Source of the DNA: Trichoplax adhaerens
Lineage: Eukaryota; Animalia; Placozoa
Assembly (NCBI RefSeq): GCF_000150275.1
Contig: NW_002060955.1
Location: 912,287 to 976,286 of the forward strand
Reading direction: 5' to 3'
Length of the DNA stretch: 64,000 nt
Positions within the stretch are counted from its first letter, which is position 1. Each line of letters starts with the position of its first letter. This document shows, in pieces, positions 10,723 through 21,803 of this stretch. A program made the position numbers and the translations under genes. The notes below the pieces were generated by a model. The model saw only the letters and a list, made by a program, of their open reading frames with translations, ran no database searches and was not told the origin of the DNA.

Positions 10723-13129
10723 TTTTGCATGACATGACGTTCTTCCACTGTTACGCCATGTTTGCAAATGTGAAGTGAATGTGTATATGTGTATGTTTAT
10801 ATCGTGTACTGTACTAGTGAGTGCATATACAACATATCCGGATAACCAATCTTAAATCAGATTATGATAGCCGTCACGATTTATACACGCTATAGAACTG
10901 TCGAGGCTTGCAGACTATTGGTAATGTCAGTAAACTCAGGCTATCTTTCGTACGGATGACGCAGTAATACGGGATTAGAGAAATTGATATAAATTTTCGG
11001 ATCAATCAGTTAGTTATCATCTTGAGGCTGTATACGCCGATATCATTTAAAAATTTCTTGGACAATTTACTTGCATTGACTACGTTGATTTCCACTATAT
11101 TTAGGTTAGCAGAAATAAGTTTACTCCAATTCTATTGGCTTTGTTATTTGTAATTAGGGTATATATTTGTACAGACCTAGGAAATTATAACCTGTATTGT
11201 AGTTCGTACCACCATTGATCAAGTTCTTATGATAATACAGTTTTACCCTGATCGTGCTAAATTAAGGATTTATGAAAATCTTAAAGATCGTAATTGTCAA
11301 AAGATAAGTCGTTGCAGTCAAACAACTGCCATTCGAACGCCTTTTAAACGAAGAATGTAGGATTTTATTTTGCGCCGTATTAGGTTCGATTAGTTTATGT
11401 ACCATATTGTGATCTCAATACAAGTCAAATTTCTTTATTATACTGACAGTTTAATGTAATTATACACAGTATATCAACAATTACTGTTATGTTTATCTGT
11501 TTTAAAATATAAAATACTACCAAGTTTTATTGCTCGATTTTCATAAGAATAATACTTGCTATCAATTGAATAAAAATGTTGATACCGGTATTAATAGTTG
11601 GCTTTTGATTTATGATAAGATTGGAGTTAACTTACTGTTATTACCGCAGTGATCTTGAACATAAACTGTAGCTTTAGCCAAATTAGTGCAGTTGATTGCA
11701 ATATCGTCCTGACCAATAATTATAATACTGCAGTCATTGTTAGTAAAGTACTGATAGAATAGTTATAAAAAATGATTTATATAAGCTTATTCTGCTGTAG
11801 ACTGCAGCATGGCTCTCTGAATCACTGAACTGTGGTTTACATGCTTTGACAAAATAGCGGAATGGCCAAGATTATTAATAGGACTAATGGACCATTGCTC
11901 GTCTACCAGTCGATTGTGATGCCCAGTATTTCCATTCACCCCGCTATGCTTTACCGCTTGAGCACCACTTTTATAGCAGTTCTTATCAATCTGTGCTCCT
12001 CATGTTAGAGATGTAGAAATAAAAGTCACCATAGCACTTAATATATAAGTTCCCTAGAAAGCAGACCAATTGATTTCACTGACAGTAGCACGTAGACATA
12101 ACGTAACGTATTCAATACAGCAACATGCACCGTCATGATTCATCATTCTATATCATTAGTGTCAACGATCAGTCATTTTAGCTAGTGTGCTAAAGTGGTT
12201 ATAATTTCATGGAAATACAGTACATCATCTAATCTAGAAGCGTTAGCCAATATCGATATTTTCAAGCTATTATTTTCTACGGTGGCTCACAATGTGAGCC
12301 ACCGTAATTTTCCCATCTAGCCATGCATCCTGTATAACACCACAGGAATGACTGTACAGTATGTACAGTATGTTTTAGACAGTTTTGGTAATCCAAGCTA
12401 CTGCTATGTTACAGTACAAGTATCAAAAAGGCAAAGCGGCAAGAAGGCACACTGGTGCTTTCATTTCCAGAGAATTCTACCGTACAGTAGCAACGAAAGG
12501 TTTGTGAAATGGGATAACCTTTCAGAAATTAACTAAGCATAGAATTTATAATTAACATTCAGACATATACAGTCTACTAATTTAAAACGCTTAATTTAAT
12601 CCAATGCTATGATCGGAAATTTCTCATCAAGTCTTGATTTAGAATACTGTAGAATGCAAGAATAATCAGAATTGACACATCATCGAAGGTCTCTAATGTG
12701 CATCATTCGGCAGTACTGTAGTTCCTTTTTAAGAAAATAATACGTTGACAAGCTAGCTCCTATTTATTTTTAGCAGAACTCTCCATCGTCTTCTTATTTG
12801 CTTATTACTACTGCACGGACTTTTGAATGTACTTTCATCTCCCTTTTTGGGCCCATCCAGTAGTCCGTGTTATTGATAACAGTGATTGAATGAATGATTG
12901 CATGAAAGTATCTCTGTCGGCGAAACAACAGGACATCAAGCTAATACTGTATTATCCAATGCTATCGATGCGATCCAACAGTATTCTAGCTATCTATTCA
13001 ATGAATGAAAACTACGCTCTATTCCATGCCAATTTGTTACTTCTACTTTAATATTCAAGGATAGGAAGCAAGCGAATGTTTTGCTCCTAATCAGGGGAGG
13101 CCGACCATGTTTGTTGGTCATTTTCCAGT

Positions 13130-14060
13130 ACTGAAAGACTACCAGTCAAGCGTCCACCGTCCGTCGCTCTCTTGTAGTGCTGAAGGTTAACAGTAGAGAC
13201 TGTAGAGTACTGGAAAAGACGAAATGGCTTTCTTTTTTCAGTCAGTACACTACAAGCAGTGAGCCTTTACAGTACCAGACCACTTGGAGTCTGTTGACCA
13301 TGACACCGTTGTGGTAGCGTACTGTACGGCCTTTCTCTGCTGGTCCGGACTAGTCCCAACTGCTACAATTTTACTTTACAGACGTACACGTTTAGACTGT
13401 AGTCCATTGCCGTGCGGCTCGTCCTCTACAGTACATACCCTACAGTATAGTGTACTGTAGAAAGAACAGTACGTACTGTACTGTACAGTCTGTTTGTCAC
13501 CGATGAATTTACAGTACAAGTTGTATGTACTGTAGCATTGGCATTCTCTCATTAAAGGCTTCACTCGTACAGGTGAACGTTAGCAGTGATATCGATCATA
13601 AAGGTATGGAACCGGTCTCAGGTCTAGCTAGCTTAGCGCAGCCTACTCTGTGTAAATCATCGTGTTGAGAAAAAATAACTTTACTCTACTGTATGGTCTA
13701 GATCGATTCTTCTACACAATTTGCACTCGTACTGGCCTACAGCAGTACTGCACTCGACTGTACTGTGCAGAAATTTTCTGATACAACTGTACAGTGTACA
13801 CTGCACCGATTCTGCTACGTAAAGTTATCCTTTTTCCATGACAAAGGTCTTCTTCTAATCATAGTCTAGCCATCCTCGCGTACTACTACAGTAGTTGTCC
13901 GGTCCATCCGTGATGGCAGTCCGTGCCTCTACACCACGCTAGTACAGTACACCTGTCCAAGCATGACCGTTGATTTAAAGGCACTAGACCACCTACAGTC
14001 CAGTATAGTCCAGTACGAATGAAAAGCACCAGACCACCTACGGTCCAGTACGGTCCGTTT
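13130..14060. repeat. GC-richer island rich in CAGTA/TACTG upstream of the NET1/ARHGEF3-like gene
   Basis: Many TACAGTA/TACTGTA words, densest at about 13430-13540 and 13740-13950. There is a 25-bp duplication GCACYAGACCACCTACRGTCCAGTA at 13981 and 14026. Confidence 0.7.
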
Positions 14061-14133
14061 CTTCACCCTCAGCCTTGATACAGGTCATGCTACGGACCTG
14101 GACTGAAACGGTAAATGTCATCACGCAGGCTCA

Positions 14134-14167
14134 ATACCCCATGGCAACGGGCTCTTTCTATTGGCTG
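14134..14167 (+). promoter_or_regulatory. RFX-type half X-box (CCATGGCAAC) plus inverted CCAAT box (CTATTGGCT)
   Basis: Motifs at 14139-14148 and 14158-14166, about 340 bp before the ATG at 14497, at the downstream edge of the CAGTA island. Confidence 0.35.
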
Positions 14168-14496
14168 CTGCCTGAAACCGATCAAATTCAAAATAATCTT
14201 AATAGTAATAACAGCAATAATATCATCCAAGATTTTAAATTAATGAATTGTATTATGATCGCTTGGTAGTTTTGCGGTCACTCCTCCTTTCTCGATTGCT
14301 GCTTTAACTGGCATTTCCACTCGTCGATGGGATCCCTTTTCCAACTTTCTTCCCCTAAAAAATAAAGTAAGAAAATACCAAGCCAAAGCAAGTAGATTAG
14401 ACAGCTTGTGCGGTGGTTCTTTTAAAAGTCAATCTTACTCAATCCACGGTGAATGCAGTAGTAGTGCGCTTGAAAAGTCATCCAGTTGCATTCAAC

Positions 14497-17400
14497 ATGT
14501 CTCTCAATCAGAATAATTTATCCAATACCTTCAACATCCCAATGACTCGCACAAGATCCAAGTTACTTCAATCGCCAATGGTAGCAAAGACTGCCATGAA
14601 GGAAAATTTTAATTTCAGGTAAACCTTCTTACTTGTACTTGTAGATGATTGCATGGACTGTCTTCAGGAGTTGGAGGAAGATGATTCTTGCTTGCAAAAT
14701 TGGCCTCGATATCTTGCTATTTTTCTTGACAGTACATGAATTAAATCTATCAACAATTAGAAATACTTGATGTCATTAAGTTAACTACCTGAGATACAAC
14801 TAGACTTTGATACAGTAGAATGAAGAGACATTGGTGCATGAAATCAAATTCGAACTTGATGTAATAGAACGAAGAGACATGCACACACTATAGTACGATC
14901 AAAATTGGATACTGCCATTAGACCATGATCGAGTAATGATCATGAATTAATTAATTTTAAATTAATCCAATTAAGACCACCGCCGTTTTCACCTGGCATC
15001 GAGTAAAATATTGTGAAAACATGACTCAAGCTTAATGTCAACGCTTCTATTAGTTTGGAATACAGTAAAAGTTACAAAGATTACATACAGTGCAAGTATA
15101 GTACTGGATTTCCTTCTATACATGTAGATGATACAGTAGGGAACGGTCGTTGGTCAGTAAATTGGTTTCTTATTTTGGACAATTTTCAAGGATACAATGT
15201 GGCAGTTAATTAAGTAAAAAGATTCTACAGTACTCGTAATCGTCGCCAAGTAGGATAGGATATTCCCAAGTATTGCTACTTTATTGCTTGTTTCTATGAA
15301 AAGGGATGGTAACATAGTGTTTTAACGATGTTTCAACATCATTTACATTCCATTTTAAGTCGACGCATAGTCAGTATTCCCCATTATGGTATTGACCTAA
15401 CATGGACTAGGATTCTTTACCAACATTACGTGTGTCTCGATCATCCATAACCATGCTACTGTATGAAATGGCAGCATATGGTAACACAATCCAAAACTCC
15501 TTTTGAGATCATCATCAGATCGTATTGAATTAATTTTAATTACCTAAAGGAAGATGCTCCCTCATCACGCTTACTGGATGCTAGATAGTATACGTTACAA
15601 AACAGGACTTAAAATATCAACCACATTCAATTTTTGTAATCAATATGAAAAAAAAGGATACGACTATAATGGCGCTACTGTATTTTAAAAATCAAATGAT
15701 AATGACTGTAATACTATATCGTGACTCACAAAGATTGTAGAAATAGATTGAGGATGAAGGAAAGAGCTTTATTAGCAGGGTAATTATGCTGATAGTTATC
15801 TTGGCACAGAGCGGTACAGACTGAATTTGTATTATTAACAGGGACAAGTAACTCTTAATATGATGTTACATAGCGTTAACCATGATCGCCTATCAGTAAT
15901 AAAATAAGATAATTTATAGCACTTACTGTTGTAACGATAAAACGATGCTATGGTATAACACATCTAGCAGATTGAATTTTTGGATCTACGTACACTAAAT
16001 ATTGTCATCATGATGCTACTGTAGATTCAATGATAACGTAATGGAGCGCATTATAAATTGGTGTCAAGATATTAACTCGATTATACTTCAATAGACAATA
16101 CTTAAATCAGGCATATTACTAAATTTCTACTTTTGAATTGCATTTTTGTAGCTTTACTGCCAAAACCCCTGATAAGTCAGCGCAAACGACAATACCGGTG
16201 AGAATGAACACCCATGTTTTATAATTTGTAGATGGAATCTATAAAGCTATCGATAGATGGATAATTTATGTCGTCAGCACTTTATATTACTGCCAATTTA
16301 AGTACCATTGCATAAAGCATAGTAGCCTTTAATTTTAAAAGATACTCAGTTAAATTACAATAGAACTAGATAATAAGAAGACGATGTCATGATTCTGGTT
16401 AGCATCAATGTACTTTTTTGCTACTCGGAAAAATGCTTAGTTTATAGAATCCTTGAATACAAACTACTCGTCAAGGGTTTCTGCGCTGACTAGTTTGATT
16501 CTGGTAGATAACCAAACGGTTTGTACACTGCAGTTTTGTTCGCCTAAAGCAAGAGTCAACTTTGTTGCTGTAGTATATTTACAATATACTTCGATAGATT
16601 TTCAATGTGTTCACGATAATTCTAGGTCAAACGCACAATAAGAAATTATCCTATTGTAGATTGATAGTACATCAAAGAAGCTTGCACTCAGAGCTATATG
16701 CTAAGTTCGGTTTAATAGAGTATTTTTACTATCTCTCTAGATATAAATCTGTATTCCTTCTCGAGCATTCTTTTGAGAGAAACCGTCAAATTGTAATGTG
16801 ACGCTTATGATTGTCCATTGCTAAATATTGTTGTATGCGCATTTTGTTTACAGTTACAGACTTTGCAATTGAACCTGTACAACATACAAGTATATGGCTG
16901 CAACTAGTTGCACTTGTATCCAGTAATTGCCGTTGCGTTTATACTTTAAGACTAATAATAAGTATATCATTAATTAATTAAAATATTGCATGAGCGCAAG
17001 TAGGACAACACAACATAGTTAACCTACTGTACTCTATAAATTAAATTACTACGACCTTTCGTGACAGAGATTCAAAGTTGTAATAAGAGAAGTACCGTTG
17101 TAAGCTACTGCTTATTCTCTCGGAAATTGATAGATTTTTATGATCTTCAACCACTATTATCGCATCTAAAATAAACTCAAAGTGTGAACTACGGTAAAAT
17201 ATATTTTGCACGCTACGTTTGTAATAGTTAAGTATTCAAAACGTCGGCAGGTGATATATAATTACAATATAATCAGTAGTAATCGACATTATATTTTACA
17301 GCGTAGTTTGAGAGATAAGAATACACTAGCTCAATCATTTTTCTCAAAGCTACAGTCCTATGATCATCATTAATGATCACTGGACTGTATCATTTCTTGC

Positions 17401-20400
17401 AATTAATTATCTACTGCTTACAAATTATTAATCTGGTTGTTTAACAAATAATCACTCTTTAGAAATATGGATTAAAGCGAAAATTATCTGCTCAAGATTT
17501 ATCACCGCCTACGGTATAGTAATTCTTGAATTCTCATTTTTAGATAAAAATACTAGCGCTTGTGTATGCTTTTGCCTACTTGAATATATGTATACTATGT
17601 TGTAGCATGGTTACACTATACGTATAAGTTATTATAGTGATATAACATTGTTACGGAGTAGCTTTTGTATAGCTGTCGTAACATAGTTTCCATAAGATAA
17701 GTTATCTAGGAATGCGTTTATATTAAAAATTATATTATTTTTAACAGATAACTGCATTGTTGTATAACATTATCTATAAACTGATAATTAATGTTTATGT
17801 AAATTTTCTTTACTTTAAATGGCTGATTTCTCAATAAAGTTTAGGTTCAGTTTGTCTAAAAGAGACTAGTAGTGTTACTGTTTCTCCTGACGATAGGAGA
17901 TCGTCAGTATTTAGAATCGTACTGTAGGTAGATGTCAGAAAAAAACCTGACACTAGACTCAGAATATGTAGTTTCTATGACATATTTGCTTTTTCGCGTT
18001 ACAAATTTAGATTTATAACACAAATTAACACAATTAAAGCGTTATTCATTATCGATATTACATATTTTTAACCGATATTTAGGATACTTTTTCTAGCTGC
18101 AAACGGCATCGTCCTCTGTCTCGTATAAGCAGTATGTTGTCTCCTGCAAAACCTGTAAGACGAGTTAGTCAAGCATTACATGTGAGTATTTTTCTTGCTA
18201 CTGATATGCACTCACACGTTATTAAGTCATATTTTCTCAAACATCCTTTCATTCACTACCCATTTTTGTGTCATTAAATGTGTTAAAAACACTGTTACAA
18301 TTAACGTAAATTATAAGTATACGCTTTATAGTACGGATATATAGTATCTGCATATATTTACTTATTTAGAGATCAGTAACTCCAAAACCGTCTAGGCCAA
18401 AAACCATGCAGCGCCGATTTTCTACTGCTTGGAAGTATCAAGGGCCATCTCCTTTACCTACGCCAACAAAACCTAAAGCTAGCAAAGTAGGTTCTGTTTA
18501 AGCATGATATTAAGTAGCATTCATAATAGTATAATTAGCATACTGTAGATTTGTTCTCGCTGAAGTATGATCGTTAATGTACTGCTTTTTTGTACTCAAT
18601 CTAAAACTGATAATATTCTTCAATATAAATTAGAGGTGGCTCGACTTTGCTGAGAGTAATTTATCAAACCAAATGAGCAAGATTCAGATCATGCGTCAGG
18701 AAGCAATTTACGAATTGTATAGCGGTGAAGTTGAACTTGTGCAGGATCTCAAAACTTTAAAAGAGGCATGTAGCAGTATGGTTACTAGTTTACGGAAAAA
18801 TGAAAATACAATACCATTTTGTTTTCATTATTTGAATCGCAAATCTAACTCAATAATTGCTCTCAATGTTACTTTATTGCTTGCATAGGTATATTATAAT
18901 CCAATGCATACGCTCAAAATCCTGAAACCTAATGAATTGCAAGAAATATTTGGTAACATTCATGAGATTACTCCATTACATGAAGGTAATTTCTACTTTT
19001 CTACTTTGTATTAATTCACTGTTGCGCTACTATATTCATGATATAATGTCCAATTAAATTGTTAACATGTTATACAAAGATCTAGTTCAGAAGATTATGG
19101 AACTACAGCAAGCTAACGGCTCTGTAAATTCTATAGGGACGACATTAATTGTTTGGGTATGTTAACCAATGACTATCGATTTACTGTATGTCAAAATTAA
19201 CTTGTAAATAAATATTTCGAGATTCATCATGATGTAAGAATGTTGTCATAATTGTACTATATATTTTTAGTTTCCTAAGCTGCTTCCATATCTTGATTAC
19301 TGTGCCAATCTGTTTACGGCCAAGTTAGCCTTAGAAGAAAAAAGGCGCGACAAACAAGTTGCTGATTTTCTAGAGGTACAGGAGATATCCTCTACTGTCT
19401 CAATTGCTTTGTTTTCAAAATTACTTGAACTTTTGTTTCTTTAAATTTATCCAGAGGTGTAAACAATCTCCATTTAGCCGCAAGTTAGACGTTTGGGACT
19501 TTTTAGGTTCAGGACAATATTGTTGTAGTCCACTCTTGTACTTGTTAACTTAATTACACGTTATTAAAACTGTGCATTCTTAGATAAACCTCGCAGCAGA
19601 TTGATGAAATACTCCCTTCTGCTTAAGAATATTACAAAATTGGTAAATTTTTATCTTGCTAAAGGAATATGATCAGAATCATAGGCATATTTAGTAAACT
19701 ATTTTAATGCGAAAGTTGGCTTTTAATGGCAAATAATATGTATCGCCTATTAAGAAAATAATCGTGACTCTTTCATCATTCGAATAGACATCAACTGAGC
19801 ATCCTGACTATAGTTACCTTCTAAATGCGGTAATATTTAATACGTTCCTGCTATACGTCACTGAGTTATAAAATTACTAAATAACTCATTTGGACTTTCA
19901 GACTTCCTCTATTGAAAATTTCGTGTCGAAAGTCGATATTAAAGCTGGAATGGCTAAGGTAATTGCCACAGGTCTAATCCGACGATGTTGCCTTGCTTTG
20001 AACTTTTGTAATATGTGTAATATTCATTCGGTATAGTGTTCCTTTATCCAGAGTAAACTCTTCTATGTGACTGATGATCAGGTATGTTAATCTGCAATAG
20101 TTGTATATACTAGTTAAAGATTATTACGTAATCGATGTGTAGGCGTTTACTGGCTATTTCTTGCAGTTGAGTAACGTTGCTTGTTTGCTGTGCCTGAAAT
20201 AGCATATCCCACTAATTGATGAATCACGGTTGTTGCTATGCAGTGGCATTGTTAAAAATAAAGCAGGAACGGTAATACATTCGCAGTTTATTTAAATTTT
20301 CCTGCCTTATTTCTATAGTTTAATTTTGGCTCTTTTTGCTTAGAAATTATAAGTAAATTTGAGATCTGACTAGGCTTGCTTACTCTATATCACAGAAACT

Positions 20401-20959
20401 ACATATATTTCTATTTGAAAAAGTGCTGGTACTCTGTCGACAAGCTACAAGAAATGAAGTTTTTATGTATCAAGTTCACCGACATGTAATGCTGACTGTT
20501 TTATGAATTTTGTTTACTATGCTGGATATTTTATCATCTTACTGTACTTTCATAATCTTGTTAATGCAAATGCTTATCAAATTTGCTACGTTAATGATAT
20601 CTTCAGCCAATACCAGTCGCTTCTCTGGCAGTAGAAGATGTACCTGACGAAAATATTCGAACCAATTCCTTGAGGGGATCGTTTAAGGATGCTCTTTCCG
20701 GTGGAAGAGCAGGTATTGTTTAGTGCGTTGATGCTAAATTTAATTTTTAGAAATGCATAATTATTTATATAGTAGTAAAGTATTAAAATATTAATTTATC
20801 TTACGCCTATTGATAGGCAAGAATTTTATTCGTGTTAGCAATACAAGTTCTAAGAGGTTGCAGTATCTACTTCAAGTCAATGACGAACACGACAAGAAAC
20901 AGTGGCTGAATGAATTAAACCAAGCCGTGAGCCGACATTCTCATGCTATTAATGTCTAA
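14497..20959 (+). CDS. ARHGEF3: NET1/ARHGEF3-family Rho guanine nucleotide exchange factor (DH-PH), ~502 aa, ~18 exons
   Basis: Exons 14497-14618, 16152-16197, 17463-17513, 18083-18181, 18370-18486, 18634-18765, 18889-18985, 19080-19156, 19271-19375, 19455-19506, 19584-19642, 19788-19829, 19902-19958, 20037-20081, 20203-20271, 20396-20485, 20607-20712 and 20817-20959 (1509 nt, in frame). Family motifs: KRHRPLSRISS, RQEAIYEL..GE..LVQDLK, IFGNIHEITPLHEDL, SPFSRKLDVWDFLDKPRSRLMKY, KLHIFLFEKVLVL and LQVNDEHDKKQWL. The first three exons are less certain. Co-orthologue of NET1 and ARHGEF3. Confidence 0.9.
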
Positions 20960-21803
20960 TATCGATCATTAAAATTCTATCCTCCAACTTTAATGATGCT
21001 AATAATGATTAGGGATTGCAGAAATGTGACCACGAGCTAGATTTACGCAATGCCAGAACCCGATTTATAAACATTCCACAACCAATTATTATCTGATGTA
21101 TGTAATATGTTTAATAACTGTCTGATTTGAAACACAGTACACAACCTTTGGGATATTTATTCAATCTGTACGGATATATAATATTTTTGGGGGTATAAAA
21201 ATATGTATTCCATAAGGAATAGCTATAATTATAGTGATATAAATTTTATCTACTAAATTTTTGTATCCATATTTCGTAATTTACCGTACCATTATACGGA
21301 AGGCTGATGATACACGTAAAAATTAAATTTTTGATATTTTGATATTTAATTACAAAGTCTACGATTTGACTTACTGCCACGCAGCAAATATTATAGCGTG
21401 AATAAATAATTCTATTTATAACTGACAACTTCTAATGGATTAACTAAATTAGTTAATAAAGACATTATCTGAAGTTAAATCTTGATGAAAAGTTGACTTT
21501 AAAACTTAAGATCGACGGTTAAGTATATTTAAAGTAGGAGTAGATTCTGTACTATTCAATAAATGAGACCAAGTGCTTTGTTAAATTTTTTTATTTCGCC
21601 TGCAACAGCAGGAAAGGTTTGATTAATTACAATATACACGTAAATAATTGTAGCTAGGCCGCATAGTAATGATAATATATCAAGCATTAGTAGTACAAAC
21701 TACATAGTTAAGCCTAATTTTATAGTTTAGTAGCGAGTCACAGATTCGCGTAAAGTAACCGATAACTGCATACGTTCACAGCTATTGTACACCGATATTT
21801 CAC

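Noticed and set aside
17820-17970. Extra exon of the NET1/ARHGEF3-like gene
   Set aside because: Candidate splice sites are weak or out of phase, and the model is in frame without it. A short phase-0 exon cannot be excluded.
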